Assembly: GCA_050010755.1 (NCBI GenBank)
Contig: JBEKKK010000003.1
Location: forward strand, 96,001 to 160,000
Reading direction: 5' to 3'
DNA length: 64,000 bases
From: Candidatus Bathyarchaeia archaeon
GTDB taxonomy: Archaea; Thermoproteota; Bathyarchaeia; Bathyarchaeales; Bathycorpusculaceae
Under the pieces are notes generated by a model, which saw only the letters and a list, made by a program, of their open reading frames with translations, was not told the origin of the DNA and did not search any database. Position 1 is the first letter of the stretch. Every line of letters starts with the position of its first letter. The position numbers and the translations under genes were made by a program. Below are positions 29,602 through 38,742 of this stretch, in pieces.

Positions 29602-30040
29602 CAACGACAGTAGGGTTTTCTCTACGCTCTTTCTAAGCTTGTTTGACCCGTTGATTCCAGCGTTTTTCTGTTCTGCACTTTCGATATATTCTTTTCTTTA
29701 GTCTAGTCTCTCGGTCCTCAAGGTTTTAGTTTAGTCTAGGCTTTAGTGCCTCAGTGCCTCTTAATCACTGGTGGTAAACTTACACAAAGTAACCCCTTTC
29801 TTTTTCTAGTTAATCTCTGTCAAAGGATAGTACGTTTATGACTACTAAAGTAGAAGAACAGCTTTATAGAAAGGTAGTTAAATCTAAGACTGTTCCAGAG
29901 ACTAAGACTGATTAAGACTACCATAGAATAATCTTTTCAAACAGTTCTATAAAGTATGTCCTAGACAGTGATAACATCGTTTGTCACAAAACAACATCAC
30001 AACTAACCTCACAAACGCAGAGCCGGGGGGTCTCACCACT

Positions 30041-30494
30041 CAACATGGAAATTTACGCTTACACATTACAAAGCAACATTACAACAGACGTAAAGAAAAA
30101 AAGGGGAGGGGGACACAGTCAACATTTGAAATCGTCCACTCCGACGGAATGTCAAACCCAGACACGAACAGAGAGAGAAGACAGACACTAAAACCATGCA
30201 AACAACATTTTCTGCCATTTTCGGAAACACGCGTCACCGCCAACATGGACACACACGTGGATCCATTACGCGTATCCATTACATCTGATGTGTGTGAAAA
30301 AAAGGGAGGGGCACCGTTCACCATCGAAATCTAACACAACCTCAGACGCAAACACGAAGAAAAAGGGCGAACTCAACTACCGCCAGGATCAAGTTTCAGC
30401 CTCTTTTCGGAACGCAGACGCGCAACATTGAAACCTTACAATGCAACATTACAAAGCAACATTACATCTGATGTAAAGAAAAAAAAGGGAGGGG
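30041..30494 (+). repeat. Degenerate ~190-bp tandem array (3 cores ending GA(C/T)GT..AAAAAAAGGGAGGG-like)
   Basis: Cores end at ~30112, ~30311 and ~30494; units share CAACAT, CATTACA, GAAATC and TTTTCGGAA submotifs. Confidence 0.85.
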
Positions 30495-30609
30495 CCAAAA
30501 CGGGCAAGTCTCTTGTAACTCGGTTGAAAGGAATAGAGAGGTTTTCTCCCAAATTGCTTTAATAAGAGATTTTAGCCTTTATAGGAGAGGCCTAGAGGCA
30601 AAAACATTA

Positions 30610-32562
30610 ATGCTGATCCAAGAGGTCATCCTCGAAAACTTCATGTCCTACGAGTACGCGAGAGTACCGTTCAGGCCCGGCGTGAACGTCATCTGCGGAC
30701 CCAACGGCTCAGGAAAGTCCTCGCTGTTACTCGCAATCTCCGTGGCCCTTGGACAGTCTTACACGGAACGTTCCAGGAAACTCAGCGACCTCATACGCTG
30801 GAACAAGGAACAAGCCCGTGTCACCCTGATTCTGGACAACAGCAGACAGGGCAAGAACAGACCCGTGCAGAAATTCAACAAAGACCAACTCTTCCTCACA
30901 AGAGTCCTCCGCCGAGACGGAAACTACTGGTTCGAACTCGAAAACCGAGCCGTCACAAAAAACGACGTTGAAAGACTCCTAGGTAAGCTGGGCGTCGACC
31001 CGGACAACATACTCATCATAATGCACCAGAACATGGTCGAACAGTTCACCGTGCTCTCACTTCAGGAGAAACTGCGCATAGTAGAAGCAGCCGTCGGGCT
31101 CGAACCCTACCGCGAAAACGTGCTCCAAGCCCAAAGAAAACTAACCCACATACTCAGCCAAGAAGACTCCATGAGCAAACTCCTAGAGACAGCAGAACAG
31201 ACCCTCAACTACTGGAGAGAACAATACGACAGATACCAAGAAAAGAAACAACTGCAAACAAAAAGAAGATTCCTCGAAAGAGAACTCGCCTGGGCAGAAG
31301 CCTCAAGAAGAGAAGAAACACTCAGACAAATAGAAACCAACAGGAAAAAGCTCCACGAAGCCCTAACACATATAGAAGAAGAACAAAAAACCGTCAAGGG
31401 CAACCTGCAAGACCAACAGGACGAAAGCGGAAAACTCAAAAACGGCTGGAAACTACTCATCGATGAACGACTGAGCCTGGAACGCGAAAGAGCCACAAAC
31501 GCCTCAACAATCTCGCTATGCGAACAACTACAAACCGAAACAGCCATGATACACTCCCTCGTCGAAACTCATTCCGCCAAAACAGATTCCAAAGCCAGAG
31601 AAAACTCACAATTCAAACTCCTAAGAAGCGGATACCTAAAAGATCTAATACAGAACTCCAACGAGAGACTGTCAAAACTAAACAACCAGATAACCGGAAA
31701 CGAAACAAAAACCCAAGAACTCGAAGAAACGGCCGAAAAAGTCAACGGCCAAGTCCTAGAAATCCGAATCAAACTAGCCCTATTACAGTATCGCAGGGAA
31801 ACAGCAGAGGCCAACCTGAAAGAACTGGAGAAATCACTCTCAGACGCTCGAGCACGAGCAGAAGAATCAACAAAGAAAGCAGAACAAGTCGGCGCCCGAA
31901 TCGCCGCGATAAAAGAAGTCGGAGAAATTCTGGACGAAATAAGAATGACCGAAGGACACCTAGCCGCATTATCCGACGTCTCGGAAGACGTAGAACGCAT
32001 GTACGAATCCTACTCAAAACTCTACCTGGAACTGAAGGAGAAAGCCCAACTCGTCGCCGAAAACCGCGAAAAAACCCTGGAAGAAGTAAAGACCAGGATG
32101 CAGTCCTGGCGAACCGTCATACACAACCTTCTCAACCGCGTCAACCTCGAATACCAAAAAACCCTAGTTCAAACCCAAGCAGTCGGCGAAGTCAGGCTCG
32201 CCAACGAGAGCGACATAGAAGGAGCCGGCCTCGAAATACTCGTAGGCTTCAAAGGAGGCAAACCAGTTCCGCTGGACTCCTACACACAAAGCGGCGGCGA
32301 GAGAACCACCGCCATGATGAGTTTCCTCCTAGCCCTACAGCAGCACGTCCGCTCACCCTTCCGCGCCGTCGACGAATACGACATACACATGGACCCAAAA
32401 AACCGCGAGCTGATCGCACAGATACTCATCTCTTCTGTAAACGACTCCACCGCGCAATACCTCATCATAACACCCAGCCAAATAACATTCGCAAAAGAAG
32501 ACGTGAACATAATAACAGTGCAAAACATCGACGGCAAATCGATAATCCGAGAGGTGATCTAA
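30610..32562 (+). CDS. Short hingeless SMC-like ATPase (ClsN/Sph-like)
   Basis: ENFMSY, GPNGSGKS, long coiled coil, QSGGE signature, RAVDEYD Walker B; only 650 aa. Confidence 0.9.
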   Translation: MLIQEVILENFMSYEYARVPFRPGVNVICGPNGSGKSSLLLAISVALGQSYTERSRKLSDLIRWNKEQARVTLILDNSRQGKNRPVQKFNKDQLFLTRVLRRDGNYWFELENRAVTKNDVERLLGKLGVDPDNILIIMHQNMVEQFTVLSLQEKLRIVEAAVGLEPYRENVLQAQRKLTHILSQEDSMSKLLETAEQTLNYWREQYDRYQEKKQLQTKRRFLERELAWAEASRREETLRQIETNRKKLHEALTHIEEEQKTVKGNLQDQQDESGKLKNGWKLLIDERLSLERERATNASTISLCEQLQTETAMIHSLVETHSAKTDSKARENSQFKLLRSGYLKDLIQNSNERLSKLNNQITGNETKTQELEETAEKVNGQVLEIRIKLALLQYRRETAEANLKELEKSLSDARARAEESTKKAEQVGARIAAIKEVGEILDEIRMTEGHLAALSDVSEDVERMYESYSKLYLELKEKAQLVAENREKTLEEVKTRMQSWRTVIHNLLNRVNLEYQKTLVQTQAVGEVRLANESDIEGAGLEILVGFKGGKPVPLDSYTQSGGERTTAMMSFLLALQQHVRSPFRAVDEYDIHMDPKNRELIAQILISSVNDSTAQYLIITPSQITFAKEDVNIITVQNIDGKSIIREVI

Positions 32563-33383
32563 CGCTCCCCGAGAGAGAACAGAAAAAACTCGGAAGGGAA
32601 AAGCTTCAACGCATAATCGACACATGCAAATCCATCGAAGGACGCTCACTCGACCCCTTCACAGTAGACGTTAAGGACAACGTTGACACCCTCAAAAAAT
32701 ACTTCCCAGAATGGAAAATTCCAGAAGACCTGTGTCTAGATGCCGAAACGATACATCAACTGGCATCCATCATAAAACTTCAAAGCGAATGGGTCAAACA
32801 CCGCTCCACGACTCTATACACGGACCCGTTCCTACTAGACGAAAAAATCAGACGAATACAAAAAATAGACATCGTCAGAACCTTCATCAAAGTCTGGCAC
32901 CCGATAATCGAGCTGGAACAAATCTCGATCCAAAGCCTGGCAGAAGCATTGACATACTGGGAAAGCCTAGTCCCACTAAACGAAAGATGGAACGAAATGA
33001 CGCCGACACAAACAGCGTCTGGCACAGCAACCAGAGAAGAACTTGTCAACCAGAGAATCCTACGCGACGAAGCCTTTTCCCAGGAATTAGAAGATTTCTG
33101 GCAAGAACTGAAAAAACAGGTTGCCCAGACCGGGAAAAACGGGAAGATCCGATACCAAAGCTTCGTCTATGCAGACACTTACGGAGAAACCGCGAACAGA
33201 GCCTACATGACAAGTTTTCTCATCACCTACGGTTACGCAACCCTGGAAATTCACCCTCTAGAGGAAGAAATGTTCATAGCGCCTTACGAAAAACCAACAG
33301 TCAAAACCGGCAACAAACAACTGGTTTCGATTCCCATAGCCCTAACCGCAGAAGATTGGAAGAAATGGAAGAGGGAGAAATAG
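32562..33383 (+). CDS. Putative kleisin/ScpA-like partner (apparent ACG start)
   Basis: LDPFTVDV N-terminal motif, winged-helix-like C-terminus, position after the SMC gene; no ATG/GTG/TTG in the first ~129 codons. Confidence 0.7.
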   Translation, partial: TLPEREQKKLGREKLQRIIDTCKSIEGRSLDPFTVDVKDNVDTLKKYFPEWKIPEDLCLDAETIHQLASIIKLQSEWVKHRSTTLYTDPFLLDEKIRRIQKIDIVRTFIKVWHPIIELEQISIQSLAEALTYWESLVPLNERWNEMTPTQTASGTATREELVNQRILRDEAFSQELEDFWQELKKQVAQTGKNGKIRYQSFVYADTYGETANRAYMTSFLITYGYATLEIHPLEEEMFIAPYEKPTVKTGNKQLVSIPIALTAEDWKKWKREK

Positions 33384-33384
33384 A

Positions 33385-33945
33385 GTGAGCAAGAGAAAGG
33401 CATACTACACGAGCAAGGTCAAACGAGCCACCCACATGCTGTTCTACAAGAGACACAAGAAACCAGGAGTCAAGGGCTGGGAACTTCGAAAGACAATAGG
33501 CTCAGACTACCCGAAAGTACTGAGAATAATGGACGATTTCCTGAAACCGCTCGACCTGCAAATCAAAACAGTCTTCGAAGAAGGAAAGCAGGTTGAAAAA
33601 CCCACTCAGGAACAGTTGGACAAAGCCAGATTCCTCGTAGAACTACGAGGGGAACTGGCACCAAAAGAAGCCAAAATGATCGGCTGGCGAATAGACGACC
33701 TAGCAGGACTGGCGATCGCCATCTCCTACATAATATCCAAAAAAGGAAAATCCCCCAGAAAAGAAGTCGACGAACTACTACGGGAAAAACTCCCCGGATG
33801 GAAAGTAGCCATCAACATCGACAGATACGTAAAATATGGGTACCTAGCCCAAGACGAAAACCAACAACTATACCTAGACTGGAGAACGACCGCAGAGGTA
33901 GATCAAAAAGCTCTAGTAGATTTGCTTCTAAAAACCGAACCGTAA
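33385..33945 (+). CDS. Putative kite/ScpB-like tandem winged-helix protein
   Basis: 186 aa, two wHTH-like halves ending YVKYGYL...LYLDWRT; third gene of the operon. Confidence 0.7.
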   Translation: MSKRKAYYTSKVKRATHMLFYKRHKKPGVKGWELRKTIGSDYPKVLRIMDDFLKPLDLQIKTVFEEGKQVEKPTQEQLDKARFLVELRGELAPKEAKMIGWRIDDLAGLAIAISYIISKKGKSPRKEVDELLREKLPGWKVAINIDRYVKYGYLAQDENQQLYLDWRTTAEVDQKALVDLLLKTEP

Positions 33946-33956
33946 TTTGCTAATAT

Positions 33957-34157
33957 CTATTTTCTTATCCGATGGTACAAAAAAGCCAAACCAGCTAAGA
34001 CGATTACAGCGGCAAGAATGAGCAGCGGACTACCCATAAACTGGGCGCCAAAAGACTCATCCGCAACGCGAACAAGCCCGGCCAAAGCGAACATCAGAAA
34101 ATACCAGAACAAGCCTGACACCGCATCAAGTCCCACGATATAACCTTCCGAATTCAT
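33957..34157 (-). CDS. Small membrane protein
   Basis: 66 aa, two TM segments, ATGA overlap with nusA. Confidence 0.55.
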   Translation of the reverse strand: MNSEGYIVGLDAVSGLFWYFLMFALAGLVRVADESFGAQFMGSPLLILAAVIVLAGLAFLYHRIRK

Positions 34158-34591
34158 GTTATGCTAACATTTTGTATTTGGAAGTACCTCTTCATCAAGA
34201 ACCGCAAGCGCTCAGCGTTACGGCCGTTCTTCCCTATGGCCACGCCCTTGTCCTTGGGATTTACAGCTACAACAGCGATGGTTTTGCCGTCAGGCCTTTC
34301 AGTCAGACGAACTTCCTGGACCAAAGCTGGTTTCAAAGCGTTCTTAATGAACTGCGCAGGCTCTTCTGCATACTCGATTATTTCGTGTTTCTTCCCCGTC
34401 ATCCTCTCCAGCGTGTGAATGTTTCTCCCTCCTCTTCCAATTGCAACCCCGACCTGGCCTTGTCCAACAACGTAAAGCACCCGTCCCTGCTCTTCATCGA
34501 TTATACAGTCTTTGACACTTGCGCTTGTTATGCTCTCAAAAAGCGCGATGTAACGCATTTCGTTGCTCGTGAACTTTATTCCGCTAGTCAT
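34154..34591 (-). CDS. nusA: Archaeal NusA (two KH domains)
   Basis: AIGRGGRN and AIGKNGRN KH motifs; conserved position after L30e. Confidence 0.95.
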   Translation of the reverse strand: MTSGIKFTSNEMRYIALFESITSASVKDCIIDEEQGRVLYVVGQGQVGVAIGRGGRNIHTLERMTGKKHEIIEYAEEPAQFIKNALKPALVQEVRLTERPDGKTIAVVAVNPKDKGVAIGKNGRNAERLRFLMKRYFQIQNVSIT

Positions 34592-34923
34592 TCGTTTCCT
34601 CCGCTGAGTTCCTCACTTTCAGGGGTCTCCGTCAGCTTAAGGATTTCTGAGTCACCTGGCTCTCTTATACTTAACGCTGAGACGCTGAAGGGCTTACCGC
34701 ACACTGCAGCTAGGTCCAGCGACGTACCCTTGTAGATTATCATGGGGACCTTCGAGAGTTTTGAATAGTACTCCACGTCCCCACGAACATCTTTCGGACA
34801 GTTTGAGGCCAGGATTATCAGCTTGACTTTACCTGTTTGAGCATTCTGCACCGCAGAAGCTGCTCCGAGAGACACCTTGCCAGTTTTTACGGCCGTGGTG
34901 ATTGCTTTGTCTACGTCTATCAT
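34588..34923 (-). CDS. rpl30e: 50S ribosomal protein L30e
   Basis: AVKTGKVSLG, ILASNCP, CGKPFSVSAL...PGDSEI. Confidence 0.96.
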   Translation of the reverse strand: MIDVDKAITTAVKTGKVSLGAASAVQNAQTGKVKLIILASNCPKDVRGDVEYYSKLSKVPMIIYKGTSLDLAAVCGKPFSVSALSIREPGDSEILKLTETPESEELSGGNE

Positions 34924-37900
34924 TTCTTCTTCTCCTTTTTCTCGAACGTCGACATGAATAGCTCAACTAAGCCCGTGCCGATTGGTATTGATTGGCCCAC
35001 TATTACGTTTTCGGTCACTCCTGCCAAGGGGTCGCTTTCACCTTTAACAGCTGCTTCAACGATGTTTGGAACCGTGATTTCAAACGCTGCTCTGGCCAAC
35101 ACACTTGACTTCTTTCCGCTTATTCCATGTCTGCCTATCTGTTGCACCTCTCCTGTAGAGGTCATCATGTCTGCAACGAGCATCACGTGACGGTTATCCA
35201 CATCCAACCCTTGCTCTTCTAAGACCCCCTTAGCCTCGTGAACCAATGCGTTCCTGGAAGCTTCGATTCCTATGGTCTTGGCGATTTCATGCACGTTATT
35301 CGTCGTGGTCCTCGACGTGTCCACTCCTGGAACCTCCAAAACCTTTGGCAGGTTTGAACCGTCGGTGTTGATGACCCATTCTCCATGTTCCTCGCTGACC
35401 AGCACTCGTTTTATGCCGGGCACGCCTTTAACGTGAAAAACTGAGACCTTGCCCAGCAGTTTCCTGATTGTTTCAACTTTCTTGGGCTGTATGAGTATGT
35501 TGTTTCCTTTCGTCTTCGTCGTGGCGTTGGGTATTTGCAGTCTGTCCTTCAGCTCCTGCATTGTTATTCCACGATCATCCATCATGGTTTTGCTGGGTTC
35601 GATCACTATCTCGTCATGCACTGGATCTATGTATACGGCTTCAGCCACGTTTTCCAACGTTGTATAGATTATGTCCCGGGCAACCTTGACCGCAGCGTCT
35701 CGGCTCTTTCTGTATTCCGGACTCAGATAAATCGTCATTACTGGTGTTGACGGAATTCTTCTGGCGTCAACAATTTCAATCAATCTTGGCAAACCGAGAG
35801 TCACGTTTTGCTCCTTGACTCCAGCATAGTGGAATGTCCTTAGCGTCATCTGAGTGCCTGGTTCGCCGATGGACTGTGCAGCCACGATGCCAACAGCCTC
35901 ACCTGGCTCCATCAAAGCGCGCTTGTAGCGATCAACAGTTAACCCGATTGCTTTCTCAACACTTGCCGTGCTCAGTTTATATTTGACCAAGTTTTGTTTA
36001 AGTTCATCCCTCAGAATAGGCGTGAGTTGTGCTTCCACTTTCTCCAACTCTTTCTTGACAAATTCAGCGGATGCTGGTTTTCCTCTCTCCTTGCCGATTC
36101 TTATTTGGTCAACCAAACGAGTTACGTTCACTGCTTTGCCATGGTCACTCTTGGCGGGGTCAACGCCATCTTCGCCGTATTGGAATTGAATTATGTCGCC
36201 TGTTGAGTTTCTCACAGTCCCATCGTATTCCAAACGTATGTGCTCTAACGCGTTAATCAGTCTTCTTTGCATGTAACCGCTCTGCTGAGTTCTGACGGCT
36301 GTGTCCACCAAACCTTCTCTTCCGCCCATAGCATGGAAGAAAAACTCGATGACATCAAGACCGTGCTGATATGACGAGTAAACGAAACCCCTCGCTTTTG
36401 GACGTTGATCTCCTGCCTGAAAATGCGGCAAAGCACGATCGACGTATCCTCGCAGAATTCGCTTTCCACGTACGGCCTGCTGACCGACGCACGCACTTAT
36501 TTGGCCGATGTTCAAGCTGGAACCCCTGGCACCTGTCCTCGTCATCACTATGCCCGAGTTATCCAACGTGAAATCTTCATCTGCTATCTTTCCAGATTCG
36601 TCTCTCGCTTTTGCCAGCTCGTTCATTACATATATTTCGAAAGAGTCTTCGATTGTTTGGCCTGGAAGCCTAGATAGCGTGCCTTTGCGATAACTTTCAA
36701 TCAATTCCTCTATTCTCTTCTCAATCTTCTCCATAGTTTTAGCTATTCTGTCCTCGGCCTTCGCAGAAAGCACCAGCTCGTCGTATGAATAAGTGAAACC
36801 TCGCATTGAAATGAAAACCTTTAACATTCTAGTAATCTTGTTAAGAAAGTCTCTCCCAGATTCCGTTCCATAATCCTTTATTATCCGGTGGAGAAGACTT
36901 TCAGACTGTTCGGCCCCTATTGAACGCCTATCTATCACTCCGCTAACCAGTTCACCGTTCCGCACAACCACATAAGCATCGTACTGGCATTCTTCCTCCA
37001 AGCATTTTACGCATCCCTGACAGATATTTGCTTTCAAAATGTAATTCATATCCTTAGGCAGGAACAGGCTGAAAATCTGTTTTCCGCTCCAAAGTGGTTG
37101 GGGCGTCTTGATTTTCGGTTCTGGGACCGGACCCTCGTATTTCGCGGACAGCAACAGCTTGTTGACTTCGTTCCGCGTCACGTAGTTTGATTTTCTTGTG
37201 AACAGATAGGCAGAAGTTATAAAATCCCTTATCGCACCTATTATTGGACCTCCGAATCGAGGTGACAGAATCTGATCCTGAACTTGCATCAGCAAAAGTG
37301 CCTCAGTTCTTGCTTCTTCGCTTTGCGGTACGTGCAGGTTCATTTCATCTCCGTCAAAGTCCGCGTTGTAAGGCGGGCAAACGCACAGATGTAGTCGGAA
37401 AGTTTTGTAGGGTAATACGCGCACGTAATGCGCCATTATTGACATGCGGTGGAGTGAGGGCTGGCGGTTGAAGATGGCCGTATCACCGTCTCTGAGATGC
37501 CTCTCCACAACGAAGCCCAGTTCAACGGCTTCGGCGATCTTTTCCCTGTCCACTACGAACTCGAGCCTTATCCGTTTGCCGTCCGGCCTGATTATGTAAA
37601 GGGCTCCAGGGTACTTTTCAGGCCCGTTAGTGACTAGTTTCCGCATCTCTTCAATGTTCCATTCAGTGACTTTCTCTGGAACTGACAAGTGCATGGCAAC
37701 TTCCAGTGGGACACCAACTTCGTTTATGTCAAGGTTCGGATCAGGAGAGACCACAGTTCGAGCTGAGAAATCTACTCTTTTTCCTGAAAGGTTGCTCCTG
37801 AACCTTCCTTCCTTTCCCTTGAGTCTTTGTGAGAGAGTCTTCAGTGCTCGTCCGCTCCGATGTCTCGCGGGCGGTATTCCCGAGGCTTCGTTGTTGAAGT

Positions 37901-38741
37901 ATGTTGTCACATGATACTGCAGGAGCTCTGACAGATCTTGGATTATGAGCGTCGGGGCACCTGCATCCATGTTTTCCTTCAGTCTCTGATTGATTCGAAT
38001 TATGTCCACAAGTTTGTGCGTCAGGTCATCCTCTGAACGTATACCAGATTCCAGTGTTATTGATGGACGAACGTAAACCGGAGGAACTGGCAAAACTTGC
38101 AGAACCATCCACTCAGGCCTTGCCGTATTCGGATTGAATCCCAAGAGCTGAAGATCCTCATTAGGTATGCGTTCCATTCTCTCCCGAACCATGCTAGGAG
38201 TCAATGGTTCCGAACCGCTATCCGGAATCTGCTCACTGAACTTCGTGGGTTTTTCGAAGGTTATTTTGAACTGTACACCTGCGCAATGAGGACATTGTTT
38301 CCTCTTCGTCTCTTGCATAATTGTTTTGTAGACTTCATCCGGAACCAAACCTAAGAGTTCCCTAGTTTTTTCAATCCTTGCTTGAACTTTCTTGATGGTT
38401 TCATCGGGAAGCAAGATGCGCCCGCAGTTTCGACATGTGCACTTGAGGAGATCGAATATTATCTTGGTGAATTCTATGTGTATTATAGGAACCGCGAGTT
38501 CTATGTGGCCGAAGTGACCGGGACAGCGAATCGCTGTGTTGCCGCATGTCTTGCATCTCTGTCTTGGTTCAAGGGTTCCAAGTCTTCCGTCCATCAATCC
38601 AGCCGTGATCGGCGCACCATCTTCGTCGTAAGTGTCAGGTGTTTGAATCTCAACAACCGAAAGCTTGCGAACGTCTTGCGGCGAAAACATGCCGAAATCT
38701 ATCTCGTCTACGACCTTATGGATTATTTCTTCAACAGCCAT
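34920..38741 (-). CDS. rpoA: RNA polymerase largest subunit, fused A'/A''
   Basis: NADFDGD, CPGHFGH and A'' motifs (GEPGTQMT, ARAAFE) in one 1273-aa ORF. Confidence 0.98.
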   Translation of the reverse strand: MAVEEIIHKVVDEIDFGMFSPQDVRKLSVVEIQTPDTYDEDGAPITAGLMDGRLGTLEPRQRCKTCGNTAIRCPGHFGHIELAVPIIHIEFTKIIFDLLKCTCRNCGRILLPDETIKKVQARIEKTRELLGLVPDEVYKTIMQETKRKQCPHCAGVQFKITFEKPTKFSEQIPDSGSEPLTPSMVRERMERIPNEDLQLLGFNPNTARPEWMVLQVLPVPPVYVRPSITLESGIRSEDDLTHKLVDIIRINQRLKENMDAGAPTLIIQDLSELLQYHVTTYFNNEASGIPPARHRSGRALKTLSQRLKGKEGRFRSNLSGKRVDFSARTVVSPDPNLDINEVGVPLEVAMHLSVPEKVTEWNIEEMRKLVTNGPEKYPGALYIIRPDGKRIRLEFVVDREKIAEAVELGFVVERHLRDGDTAIFNRQPSLHRMSIMAHYVRVLPYKTFRLHLCVCPPYNADFDGDEMNLHVPQSEEARTEALLLMQVQDQILSPRFGGPIIGAIRDFITSAYLFTRKSNYVTRNEVNKLLLSAKYEGPVPEPKIKTPQPLWSGKQIFSLFLPKDMNYILKANICQGCVKCLEEECQYDAYVVVRNGELVSGVIDRRSIGAEQSESLLHRIIKDYGTESGRDFLNKITRMLKVFISMRGFTYSYDELVLSAKAEDRIAKTMEKIEKRIEELIESYRKGTLSRLPGQTIEDSFEIYVMNELAKARDESGKIADEDFTLDNSGIVMTRTGARGSSLNIGQISACVGQQAVRGKRILRGYVDRALPHFQAGDQRPKARGFVYSSYQHGLDVIEFFFHAMGGREGLVDTAVRTQQSGYMQRRLINALEHIRLEYDGTVRNSTGDIIQFQYGEDGVDPAKSDHGKAVNVTRLVDQIRIGKERGKPASAEFVKKELEKVEAQLTPILRDELKQNLVKYKLSTASVEKAIGLTVDRYKRALMEPGEAVGIVAAQSIGEPGTQMTLRTFHYAGVKEQNVTLGLPRLIEIVDARRIPSTPVMTIYLSPEYRKSRDAAVKVARDIIYTTLENVAEAVYIDPVHDEIVIEPSKTMMDDRGITMQELKDRLQIPNATTKTKGNNILIQPKKVETIRKLLGKVSVFHVKGVPGIKRVLVSEEHGEWVINTDGSNLPKVLEVPGVDTSRTTTNNVHEIAKTIGIEASRNALVHEAKGVLEEQGLDVDNRHVMLVADMMTSTGEVQQIGRHGISGKKSSVLARAAFEITVPNIVEAAVKGESDPLAGVTENVIVGQSIPIGTGLVELFMSTFEKKEKKK

Positions 38742-38742
38742 T

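Larger units (their letters stand above)
20240..29990. mobile_element. Integrated tyrosine-recombinase element/island (satellite- or plasmid-like); boundaries approximate
   Basis: Integrase, RHH-like regulator, Zn-ribbon+HNH and many short unknown ORFs. Visibly lower GC and loss of the A/C-rich texture of both flanks. No att duplication found at these edges. Confidence 0.75.

Noticed and set aside
29981-30334. 117-aa and 81-aa ORFs over the left repeat array
   Set aside because: No motifs or SD, and they overlap non-coding repeats.
30041-30494. Possible CRISPR array
   Set aside because: Units are ~190 bp apart and degenerate, the intervening DNA is partly similar rather than unique spacers, and no cas genes are present.
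31518-32561. N-terminal ~350 aa of the 621-aa track ORF overlapping the SMC gene
   Set aside because: R/P/T/N-rich shadow frame; the T-poor strand has few stops. Protein-like sequence begins only after the SMC stop.
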